NCBI RefSeq assembly: GCF_006345805.1
Contig: NC_043021.1
Location: 19,840,001 to 19,904,000 of the forward strand
Length of the DNA stretch: 64,000 nucleotides
DNA from: Octopus sinensis
Taxonomy: Eukaryota
Direction of reading: 5' to 3'
In this document: positions 52,218-64,000 of the stretch, piece after piece
How the letters are laid out: each line of letters starts with the position of its first letter
Numbering within the stretch: the stretch's first letter is position 1
Notes under the pieces: model-generated
What the model saw: only the letters and a program-made list of their open reading frames with translations
Told to the model about the DNA's origin: nothing
The model's database searches: none
Position numbers and translations under genes: made by a program

Positions 52218-52340
52218 CAAAGGTGGTGCTCCAGCATAGCCACAATCAAATGACTGAAGCAAGTAAAAGAGTAATAACAGTCGCTCTCTTCTTCTTTCTT
52301 CACCTTCGTGAAGAGTAACTTCAATCTTGAAATATTATTA

Positions 52341-52385
<45 letters not shown>

Positions 52386-52440
52386 TATTATTATTCATGC
52401 TTTCGTATAAATTCCTGTTAATTTCTTAATAATTTCTTAA

Positions 52441-52683
52441 CCCTTTAACTGCAAAATTAAATTTCGTAATTATTCCAGTAACGGTGTTAAATATTCTACT
52501 GCAAAACAGAATCAGTATTTTCTGTAAGTCCCATTGCCTCAATAAATCTGTCATGTGAACAGAAAGCAGTTCCAAACATGACATTCCCCAACAAAAGATG
52601 ATACACTGGTATATAAAACTGTTTTCTGCAGTTAAGGCTAATGAAATTTTGATTGGTTATATCTGATTTCGGCAGTAAAAGGT
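52441..52683. mobile_element. piggyBac-like MITE (related partial copy at ~29900-30290)
   Basis: TTAA|CCCTTTAACTGC ... GCAGTAAAAGGT|TTAA. Confidence 0.6.
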
Positions 52684-53244
52684 TTAATGTTTCTTTTTTA
52701 TAAATTTATTTATTTATTGATACAATGAAATATTTTCTAAATTTTTTCACTCAGTTTAATAATTATGAAGTTACTACTGAGTATTTTTTTCTTTCTTCTT
52801 TTTTTTTATATATATTTTTTGATGGAGTAAATCAGAAATCCCTGTTTGTCAATTAAATATTTGGAAAAACATTTAAAAAAAAAACTATACGAAAAATCCA
52901 AAATAAAATTCTTAAAAAGAAAAACACCTCCAAGAATTTATAAACTAATTCTGGTGTAATTAATCTCCCAGCTGACTTATAACTTTTTTTTTTATTCCAA
53001 GTTGCTAGCTTATTTTAGCTCACCTAGGTCTAGGTGACTTTGAGAAAGGCATGAATGTTACATATTCTTGTTATGCTCCACCTGCCTCCATCTTACCAAA
53101 GCCAAGCGGCTTTTTTTATCAACAAAATTATGAAATGCCAAACCAGATAGGCACAACTGTGGTGGAAAGGATGTACACACACACACACATATATATACAT
53201 ATATACAAACATTGATATATCCTCTCTCTCTATATATATATATA

Positions 53245-53614
53245 CACTGCATCAGAAATTAATTAGCACTTCTCAATTTCTACATTAAATAGGTTAAATC
53301 AATTAACCTATGAGCTGTTCAAAACGTCTTACGCGATGAGAAACTTAGTATGGTGTGATTTCGGTCCTTGCGAGGCGCTACCTATTCTAGTAACAAAGGA
53401 AGATTTTGTCTGCATCCGCACTCCAAGTTGTTGTTGCACTGCTATGTCAACATCATAAGGGTGTAGACTCTCAAACTGCTCTGCAAACAACAGTTACGTC
53501 ATCGTTCTGCGCAACAGTGAACTCGCAACAAGCAATATTCGAGATATGGCCACTAGGTGACAGCACTACTTGAGTGAATAGCAATCAAGGGCTAATTAAT
53601 TTCTGACGGTAGTG
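53245..53614. mobile_element. Tc1/mariner-like MITE
   Basis: TA|cactgcatcagaaattaattagc ... gctaattaatttctgacggtagtg|TA. Confidence 0.75.
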
Positions 53615-54726
53615 TAGTATATTAAAACAATATACTCACATATTACATGTATATATACTTTAGTTTTTTCCTGTTTGCTTAGAAAAGTTCTAGAATATTT
53701 TTTTTCTTGCTAAGTTTTTTTTTGCCTGGAAGTTGTCAAAGTCTGCAGTTAAACATTTGTGATTTACCAGAGCTCCTCCGTCAACCTGCTGACAAGACAT
53801 TAGATTTAACTGGCACTTTACCCAGAGTTCAGTCTGATTTGCAACCTGCTGATCACAGAATTAAGGCCATGATTTTGCAAGAGCTCAACCTAAAACCTGC
53901 TGACAGCAGATTTAATGCCACACACAAAGAAATTTTTTTTTCCTTTTTTCCTTCTTCTTTATCCTGTTTTTATTTTATTTTATTTTTTTTAAGGCATTCA
54001 AACTTCTTTAAAATTAAAAAAAAAAATAAAACCATGACGCAAATATATTTTGTATGCACCAAAATATATTTTATATGTTTCAATATGTAATTTATATGTA
54101 AAAAAGAAAAAAAAATGAAAAAATATTCGATTCTGAAAAAAAAATGATAGCAAACAAATAGAAAAAAAAAGCATAAATATAAATTTGAGTTGGATAAAAT
54201 CTGAAAAAAATTATTGACTTTCAACTAAAAACAAAACTAAATTTGTTTCTCAGTGTGTAACATTAATTTATATTTTTTTATTTTTATTTTTGTTAATGTT
54301 TAAATATCTTAAATATCCCAAAATATATTTTTCTTTGTTTCACACACACACACATACACACAAAAATATTTTTAAAAAACCAAAAAAAAAATTGAATTCA
54401 GATATCGGTTGAAATGATAAAAATATTAATGTTTTTTTCTTGCTTGAAAATAAAAATAAATTTCAAAACAAATTACATTTATCAAACATAATTGTTTCAT
54501 TTGGACCAAAACATAATTAAAATTCTTAAAATTCTAATTTTCATGCCCAAATTAAATTCACATAGAAGCAACTTTCATAGCCCCCCTCCCCCCATACTAA
54601 TATTTGTTTTATATATATATATATATATACATATATATATACATACACATATATATGTATGTATACATATATGTATGTATATATATGTATATGTATACAT
54701 ATATATACATATGTATATATATATAT

Positions 54727-54765
<39 letters not shown>

Positions 54766-54975
54766 GACACATATATATTGTACACAAAGCTAAAAGATAT
54801 GTATATATAAATATATATATGAATTTATGTATACACATACATGCAAACACATATATGATGTATGTATAAATATATATATAATATTCTTAATTTTTTATAC
54901 ATCTGCTTTTCTTCATTTTCAAAATTATTTTAAAAATAATTTAATAAGTTCTGTTTATTTTCCTGAATAATTTTT

Positions 54976-55021
<46 letters not shown>

Positions 55022-55595
55022 CTTTCTCTCTTATTAATCAGTATTCTAAGAATGTCAGTTTTTTGGTGCAACTGATAAAACGGCAGGCAGAATAATGCCT
55101 TAAGGCATTTAGTCTGCAGCCCTTTAAGTTTGTACTTTCAAATTCCCACCAAGTTCGTGATCAACTTTACCTTTCATTGTCCAACTTTACCTTCCGTCGT
55201 TTCAAGATGTCCAATTAGTGGGTTTGGTGTCATTGACTGTTGTTCGTTCCTTACCAAATTTGGGATCTTCGGTGCCATGTTAGAAATTAATATTATCAAA
55301 ATGTTGGAATTTGAATGTAATACTACAAAAGAGTTACTCTTGGAATCAAACCTTTGTGAAATTAACTTTAATTTGACATATTACTAGGGCAATTATTTTG
55401 TGTGTGTGTGTGTGTGTAGACATTTTTATATATGTATGTATGTATACACATACAGAAAGATGTATATATGCATATATACATACATGTATACATATATATG
55501 TATAGGCAAATCATTAGCATTGCCTATACAGCTAAATGCTTTGTAGGCGTGAAACCAGTCATAAGAAGTAACCTTCTAAATATATATATATATAT

Positions 55596-55993
55596 AGGCG
55601 CAGGAGTGGCTGTGTGGTAAGTAGCTTGCTAACCAACCAAATGGTTTTGGGTTCAGTCCCACTGCGTGGCACCTTAGGCAAGTGTCTTCTACTATAGCCT
55701 CGGGCCAACCAAAGCCTTGTGAGTGGATTTGGTAGACGGAAACTGAAAGAAGCCCATCGTATATATGTATATATATATGTGTGTGTACACGTTTGTGTGT
55801 CTGTGTTTGTTCCCCCAACATCGCTTGACAACTGATGCTGGTGTGTTTACGTCCCTGTCACTTAGCAGTTCAGCAAAAGAGACTGATAGAATAAGTACTA
55901 GGCTTACAAAGAATAAGTCCTGGGTCGATGTGCTCGACTAAAGGCGGTGCTCCAGCATGGCCGCAGTCAAATGACTGAAACAAGTAAAAGAGT
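55596..55993 (+). mobile_element. SINE family A
   Basis: Consensus match. Confidence 0.85.
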
Positions 55994-56803
55994 ATATATA
56001 TATATATAAAACACACACACACATATGCATTTTCTTACTTAAGAATATTACATACATGCATATATATATATATATATACACACATACATACATATATGTA
56101 TATGTTTGTATATATATATATATATAGATATATATATATATATATATATCTGTTTTTCATCACTTACACTGAGTTATAAAGATATTTAATTGAAAACAAA
56201 ACCAATAAAAATAAACATTGAAAAATAAGTAATAAAGCAAATCAGTTGGTTTTATAACCAAAGACTTGAGTTCCAACTGAAAAATTAAATGTACCTAAAA
56301 AAAAAAAAGAAAAAAAACAGAATCCATGTTTTGGCCATTTGGCTAAATATGTTGTGTAAACAGTTTTTATTTCTGTTTTAAAGATCTTTATAGACACAAT
56401 AATGTTTTTTTTTTTTTTCGTATTTGTACCGAAATTTGAGAAATTTGCCATGTTTGCTGAAAACTCAAAACCTTCTTTATGATATTTGCCCAGACAAATA
56501 CAAATACAATACATACATATATACATACATATATATAATATATATATATATATTATATTACACACACACACATATTCACACACCTATATATTTATATATA
56601 TATATATATATATATACAATAATATTTTACATTACTCGATAGTCAAGATATTGTATAGATAAATTTCCTCTATTTACATAATATTGAGGTCTCTTTCTTT
56701 CTTTTGTTATCTTACCGTTTTACCAATATATATATTATATATATACACACTTACATATACACATACACGTATGCACACACACACATGCATATATATATAT
56801 ATA

Positions 56804-56947
56804 CAGTTGTGGCCAAAAGTTACGAACATTTTTTTTTTATCAAAAGTGTTAACCCAGTTACTATTCAATTCAAAACAAATATATTTGGACATTTCAGATA
56901 AAAATTCTAATTTTCAGACTTATGTTCCAAACTTTTGGTCATGACTA
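56804..56947. mobile_element. Tc1-like MITE
   Basis: TA|CAGTTGTGGCCAAAAGT ... ACTTTTGGTCATGACTA|TA. Confidence 0.65.
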
Positions 56948-57106
56948 TATATAAATGTTTTGAATCTTTTTTTTTTTTAAGCCAAAACAATGCAAGTTTA
57001 AAGAATAAATACAAGTGGATGGTTTGTACTCTTACTTTTTATTTCAGTACTTCGGGGTTAGCAAACCTTCAGAGTAATGATATTGTGAGTTGACTTCTCT
57101 GTTTTG

Positions 57107-57143
<37 letters not shown>

Positions 57144-57312
57144 CAAGCCTGAAGAAGTGGTTGTAACCCTGAAATATTGAATTAGGTAAAAGTACTAAAC
57201 ATCATCTCGTATTATTTCTTATAATTCACATTGTTTTGGATTTAAAAGATTAAAAACACACACACACACACACATATATAAATATACGTACACATATGCA
57301 CACACACAAACA

Positions 57313-57356
<44 letters not shown>

Positions 57357-57719
57357 ACATATATATATATATATATGTACACACATGCACACACATGTAA
57401 ACACACGCTCATACACACAAATAATGCAAGCCTTATGTTTGTAGTCCCCCTTAGATTCTCTCTCTCTCTCTCTCTCCTCTCTCTCCTCTCTGCTTACTGT
57501 TATATTTTTTTTTTGTTTTTGTGTTTTTTTTTTTAATGTGGAGATGTGAGATAGAGGATTTAAAACACTGTTCTAATTGGAAATAATTGTTTAAGAGATG
57601 TTAATCTAAGGTCTCTCTACTCTGTAGATCATCCTGTTATGCAAAAGAGATATGAAAGTCATCCCAAAGCCATATTGAAATGTCACAACATAAATACTAT
57701 TAATATTATTATTATTGTC

Positions 57720-58216
57720 ATTAAGGTGAGAGCTGGCAGAATCGTTAGCACACCATGAAAAATGCTTAGCAGCGCTTCATTTATTTTTACATTCTGAGTT
57801 CAAATCCCACCAAGGTTGACTTTACTTTTCATCTTTCGGGGGTCGATAAATAAAGTATCAGTTATGCACTGGAGTCAATGTAACTGACTAGTTTCCCCTC
57901 CCCACAAATTTCAGGCCTTGTGCCTATAGTAGAAAGGATTATTATTATTATTATTATTAATATTATTATTATTATTAAAGGTGGCAAGCTGGCAGAATCA
58001 TTAACACACTGGGCAAAATGCTTAGTGGTATTTCATCTGTCTTTACATTCTGAGTTCAAATTCTGCTGAGGTCGACTTTGTATTCCATCCTTTCGAGGTT
58101 GATGAAATAAGTACCAGTTGTCTACTGAGGTTGTTGTAATCAACTAACCCCCCGCCGCTATAATGACTGGCCTTGTGCCAAAATTTGAAATCATTAATAT
58201 TATTATTATTATTTTA

Positions 58217-58281
<65 letters not shown>

Positions 58282-58745
58282 TAAGACAGTGAGCTGGCAG
58301 AATTGTTATTGCACTTGGCAAAATGCTTAGCAGCATTACACTCTGATTCTGAGTTCAAATTCTGCCACGGTCGACTTTGCCTTTCACCCCTTCAGGGTCA
58401 ATAAAATTAGTACCAGTTGGACATTGGGGTCACTGTAATTGACTTACCCCCTTCACCCTGAACTTGCTGTCCATATACCAAAATTTGGAACCATTATTAT
58501 TATTATTATTATATTATTATTATTATTATTATTATTAAGGCAGCAAGCTGGAGGAATTGTTAGCACACCAGACAAAATGCTTAGTGGTATTTCATCTACC
58601 ATTAGGTCCTGAGTTCAAATTCCATCGAGGTTGACTTTGCCTTTCGTCTTTTTGGGGGTCGATGAAATAAGTACCAGTTGAACACTGGGGGTTGATGTAA
58701 TTGACTTAACCCCCTCCCCCCCCAAGATTCTTGCCCTTGCGGTAA
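57720..58745 (+). mobile_element. Four family B SINEs separated by (ATT)n
   Basis: Consensus matches. Confidence 0.8.
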
Positions 58746-58789
58746 AATTTGAAACTATTATCGTCATAATCATCATCATCACTATCATA

Positions 58790-59280
58790 GACGTCACACA
58801 GTATCCAATATCACGAGATTGTTGATTGAAGAAATTGTGTGTGCCAAGGGGTTTGAACAGTTTGTCAAGTCACAACAAGGACCTCAGGCAGACAGTATGA
58901 TATGCAATATGTGCACAGTTCCAAGTAATGCCGACTTTCGCAATACATCTAGATTGTAGGGTATTTCTAAGGTTTTCAGATGTTTTTTTTTCAGTTTGGG
59001 TGGTATCGAACCCAATGCTCCGATGACAATAGGGACAACCTTTATGTTTGACTCTCGTAGCTGCCACATCTTAGCGATCTCAATTCTCAGGTCTCCATAT
59101 TTACCAACCTTTTCTCTTTCTTTCATGACGATATGCTGATCTCCTGGCACTGCCATGTCGATTATTAGGCACTCTTGTTTGTCCCTCCTAAAGGTTACTA
59201 TATCTGGCCTTCGGTGCTCTAACACCTTGTCTGTCTGGAAATCAAAGTCCCAGAGGATTTTTGCCTTCCCCTTTTTGTCC
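58790..59280 (-). mobile_element. RLE-type non-LTR retrotransposon 3' fragment with open endonuclease domain
   Basis: KILWDFDFQTDKVLEHRRPDIVTFRRDKQECLIIDMAVPGDQHIVMKEREKVGKYGDL...VVPIVIGALGSIP...LRKSALLGT, a PD..D..K restriction-like endonuclease. Its 5' end sits at (AAT)7. Confidence 0.85.
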
Positions 59281-59301
59281 ATTATTATTATTATTATTAT
59301 T

Positions 59302-59745
59302 GTGTGAGAGAGCAGTGCATGCCATCAAAGTGACACTGGGGTAAAATATACGAAGCCCAGTATACCCATCATGACTACCCGTCTGGTAAGGGCACACTAA
59401 GCACATGCATCACAACCATATGTGCATGACATGGTGATCTCATATCAAGATAAACAGCGCATGACCTTGCAGGTGGGGCCCAGTTAGAATTTTCTTCTTG
59501 TCGAGTAGCCCATCCCGTTCAAAAGGTCCCTGAATAAGGATTGTGTAAGGATGTTGAACGAACCAACCACCCATGTTTCCAAAGGTGAATTATCCAAACC
59601 TCCAAGAATTCCTCTCAACACATGTCTATGATGCTCCCCAACTACTTCTGCTCATGATCAGAGATGCACATATCATCAGCCACTAAGAGACATGCTCAAC
59701 TGGTTAAGATCAAACAACTGACAAGCAAATCTGTGGTATTATTAA
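59302..59745 (-). mobile_element. Family G (AAT)n-tailed repeat
   Basis: Reverse complement of 9057-9595. Confidence 0.8.
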
Positions 59746-60584
59746 AGTGATGGGTTGGCTGAATCATTAGCATGTCAGAAAATTTTTTAGCAGCATTCCA
59801 TTTGGCTCATTATGCTCTGAGTTCAATTTCTACTGAAGTCGACTTTGCCTTTTATGTTTTTTGGGGTGGGGCGGTTGATAAAATAAGTATCATTTGAGCA
59901 CTGGAGTTAATGTAAATGGCTTGCCCCCTCCCCTCAAATCTCAAGCCTTGAATCTATGTTTGAAAGGACTGTTATTGCTGTTGTTATTAAGGTGGTGAAC
60001 CAGTAGAATTGTTACCATGCCGAATTGTCACAGAGTGCTTAGCGGCATTTATCCCAGTTTTGCATTCTTGGTTCAAATGCTGTCAAGGCCAACTTTGCCT
60101 TTTATTCTTTCAGGGTCAATAAAATGAGTTCTAGTCAAGCCTTGGAAAGTGAAGTTCCTCCCCGAGTCATATAGATTCATCAGGGCTGGTTTCCATGGTG
60201 TATATATTCCCCCTGGAGAGGATGCCAGTCTGTCGCAGGGTTACTCACTTTTGCCTGCTGAGTGGACTGCAACAACGAGGTCCATCTCTGCTCTCCATCA
60301 CTAGCAGCCCTGAGCCAGTTCTTCCACTGGTAGCAGAAAATTGGTACAAGTGTTTACCACAATCTCAGTGGCCTTCATACTTCAGGATTTTCCTTGTTAG
60401 AGTTTTCCATCTGAGTTAACTGCCTGAATTCAACATGGCTTAAAGTCCAATCTGCCCTTATAGACTAAATGTGCACCTGAACACCGAACCATTCAACAGA
60501 TTATACCAGGTCACATGACAGCAGTAGCATTTAAAAGCAACCTGACATATATACTTAGCATATACATATACATACACATATATG

Positions 60585-60627
<43 letters not shown>

Positions 60628-60628
<1 letters not shown>

Positions 60629-60860
60629 TTCAACTTCCGTTCTTTCAACATGTGACCTTGTGAGCACCGCCAGCAATTTTTTTTCCTCTGTCTTCCCTTC
60701 TCAGGATCTTTCCTTCTCCTTTGTTTCTGACGAAGAACTCCACTAAAACGTTAAACCCTCCTTCTTCCCTTCTTTCCTGAGCGTCCAATAATACTTTATT
60801 TGTTCCACGTCCTCGCGTTGCTGTGTTTTTTTTGTGTTTTCTTGTTTGGATTAACTATAT
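60628..60860 (+). mobile_element. Penelope-like terminal fragment with a decayed hammerhead-like motif (60723-60756)
   Basis: GTTT CTGACGA A GAAC TCC ACTA AAACGT T AAAC. Confidence 0.5.
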
Positions 60861-61460
60861 ATATATATATATATATATACATATATGCGCTCCATCCAAG
60901 ATTGAGATGAGTACCAGCATTCCCATGTAGCAGGCTTCATAAATGTTGAGAGAATTCTCTGTACATGAAACCATTGGTAGCCTTGTTGATGAAGGAAAAA
61001 GAAATAAAGAAAGCTTCTAACAATGTAGAAAATTTACAAACAAAAAATCCCTAATATTTTGGGCGCAAGGCCTATCTTCAGAATGATATGGTCAAATTTA
61101 CTGTTCAGGCTGCCACTTTTATCAATAGTCATGTTAAACTCCCTCTGTTGCATGATCCTATAGGGTTCTGTGTAGTCCAAAAAGACCTACAGCATAATTA
61201 TAAATATAAAGTCTTGTGTGTGTGTTTGTATGTGTAAAGGGAATTTGATAACAAGATGTGGAGAACAATCCTGCTTTTAAAATAGTTCCTCGTATTTTTA
61301 GCTTGGGGAACCAGGAAGTTTTTTTACGCTGGAAGAGAAACTTGTGACCCTTAAACCCTAATACATAGTCTTTAATCAATATGCAGAAAAAATTTATTGG
61401 CCCCTTTTGTCTTATTTTAGGATAGAGAGTATACTTGATGTGAAAAAATTAAAATTAATG

Positions 61461-61858
61461 TAGGCGCAGGAGTGACTGTGGTAAGTAACTTGCTAACCAA
61501 CCACATGATTCCAGGTTCAGTCCCACTGCATGGCACCTTGGGCAAGTGTCTTCTGCTATAGCCTCGGGCTAACCAAAACCTTGTGAGTGGATTTGGTAGA
61601 TGGAAACTGAAAGAAGCCCGTCGTATATATGTATATATATATACCATGTGTGTGTCTGTGTTTGTCCCCCTAGCATTGCTTGACAACCGATGCTGGTGTG
61701 TTTATGTCCCCGTTACTTAGCGGTTCGGCAAAAGAGACAGATAGAATAAGTACTGGGCTTACAAAAGAATAGGTCCCGGGGTCGAGTTGCTCGATTAAAA
61801 AGGCGGTGCTCCAGCATGGCTGCAGTCAAATGACTGAAACAAGTAAAAGAGTAAAGAG
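61461..61858 (+). mobile_element. SINE family A
   Basis: Consensus match. Confidence 0.85.
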
Positions 61859-62275
61859 TATCCATCACACACACACACACACAAAGTCCTAAAATGTCAA
61901 AAATTCTGTAACAACTACAAGGTGGCCTTGCATGTAATAAAGTCATTCAGTTGTAAGGAAACTCTTAAGAGAACAGTCTGTATTTGAAGCGACCAAGAGC
62001 TACCATCTCATATAATAGGGTTAAAAGTAATATGTAGTAATGGTATATCAGTGAAGACCGGTGACCTATTGATTAAGGTGTCACATTTACAAATTACAAG
62101 ATAGCGGTTTCAATTCCTGAACAAGGTGATACATTATGTTCTTGAGTAAAACACTCAATTTCATTTCGCTCTGCGATTACTTCACCATCAGACACATGGC
62201 ATACAGTGTACCTGCACAGGTGTGTGTGTATAAATATATATGTATATATAAGAAGCGAAAATATGTGTGTGTGTA

Positions 62276-62346
<71 letters not shown>

Positions 62347-62466
62347 TCAAAGGGCAAGACCACTAGGTAGTCGGCCATATGCTAGAAATAGATCACCTAC
62401 GATCAAACTACAAAGAAAAGAATGTTCTCTAGAGAAAAATTCAGCAGACACCAGAACAATTAGGCG

Positions 62467-62533
<67 letters not shown>

Positions 62534-62689
62534 AGAAGCAAAGATGACCAATTTGTTGTTAATAATAAACAATTATTAACTTCTTAATCTCCCTTTTCTT
62601 TTCTTATATATATATATGTATATGTATATGTATGTAAATATATATAAGTATATATAATCTGAAGTCATGCAATATTCCCCTTTCTTCCT

Positions 62690-62990
62690 GGGGAAACAAA
62701 GGATCAGAACGCAGGACCTTGCACCAGTCCTGCTTCTTCTCAGTTCAAACAATGTGAACTCCAAAATCAGACCAACTTTGTGCAAGCATGCAGAGAAAAC
62801 ATGCTCTTCTAAATGGAAACCTTCCCTATCATTGTGGCTTTGTGGGATGAAGCAAAGCAGGCCTTGCCGTCCACTCAAGGAAACACATAGTGATTGATCC
62901 ACAAGTACTGAGTCCTCAACTTGTTCCATTAGCCAAAAGGTTTGCAAAGCGCCAACAGACCTCAAGAGACACATTCATGTCCGTAGAACA
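62690..62990 (+). mobile_element. Possible RTE-like LINE 3' remnant
   Basis: TCSISQKVCKAPTDLKRHIHV resembles a decayed C2H2 finger at an RTE ORF end; the frame is disrupted. Confidence 0.35.
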
Positions 62991-63000
62991 TCATCATCAT

Positions 63001-63733
63001 CATCATTTAACGTCCGCTTTCCATGCTAGCATGAGTTGGACGATTTGACTGAGGTCTGGCGAACCAGACTCCAATCTGATCTGGCAGAGTTTCTACAGCT
63101 GGATGCCCTTCCTAATGCCAACCACTCTGAGAGTGTAGCGGGTGCTTTTATGTGCCACCAGCACAAGGGCTAGTTTGGTGGTACTAGCAACGGCCACACA
63201 CAAATGGTGCTTTTTACGTAGTCACCTGCACAGGAGTCAGTCCAGCGGCACCTGGCGACGACCTCGCTCGAATGTTTATTTTATTGACCTTTCATTTGTT
63301 GTTGACAATGACAGAGTCCATCGTCATCATATATGTATACGTATGATATCGAAGGTGCATGGCTCAGCATCATCTAACGTCCGCTTTCCATGCTAGCATG
63401 GGTTGGACGATTTGACTGAGGTCTGGCAAACCAGACTCCAATCTGGTCTGGCAGAGTTTCTACAGCTGGATGCCCTTCCTAATGCCAACCACTCTGAGAG
63501 TGTAGCGGGTGCTTTTATGTGCCACCAGCACAAGGGCCAGATTGGTGGTACTAGCAATGGCCACACACAAATGGTGCTTTTTACGTGGTCACCTGCACAG
63601 GAGCCAGTCCAGCGGCACTGACGACGACCTCGCTCGAATGTTTATTTTATTGACCTTTCATTTGTTGCTCACAATGACAGAGTCCACCGTCATCATATAT
63701 GTATACGTATGATATCAAAGGTGCATGGCTCAG
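63001..63733. repeat. 367-bp tandem duplication (2 copies) containing a family E SINE
   Basis: aacgtccgctttcc at 63009 and 63376; paired ORFs are 367 bp apart. Confidence 0.9.
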
Positions 63734-64000
63734 TGGTTAGGGCATTGCGCTTGCAATTTCAAGACTGCATTGTCGATTCTTGGGCCAGGTGGTGAATTGT
63801 GCTCTTATTGCATCTTGTGCACCTGTACAGGTAGTGTCGATACGATGGAGAGAGAGTGAGTTGATAAACAACACAAGCAATTGATCGTTATAAACAAAAG
63901 CATTTGTGCATACAGGTTGTTCAGCAAGAAAGTGTGGAGCCCTTTTCTATCATTTACTCTCTCATACACACACACACACACACATATATATTTCGGGGGC

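Overview
Repeat-saturated animal genomic DNA. The SINE families and the microsatellite load suggest a coleoid cephalopod, probably Octopus (inferred from recall, not checked). One protein-coding gene is well supported: an RP2/XRP2 (ARL3 GAP, TBCC domain) orthologue on the + strand. It has eight coding exons from 8322 to the stop at 37830; the N-terminal MGC... exon was not found and probably lies upstream of the window. All junctions are GT-AG and in phase except 25199/26699, which is 1 nt out of phase. The rest is at least five SINE families, fragments of RLE-type (R4/Dong-like), CR1-like, Tx1/L1-like and RTE-like LINEs, Penelope-like termini with minimal hammerhead-like motifs, Helitron-, Tc1/mariner- and piggyBac-like non-autonomous elements, several minisatellites, long microsatellites and a 100-N gap. 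A near full-length U6 snRNA copy is fused to a SINE 3' tail. Almost all long ORFs in the supplied track are microsatellite or tandem-repeat artefacts. I found no evidence of a wholly new multi-gene system. The most interesting leads are the hammerhead-like motifs, the U6-SINE chimera in a nested insertion, the RP2 phase break and the (AAT)n-anchored retroelements. Repeat coordinates are approximate (about +/-10 bp); exon coordinates were counted base by base.
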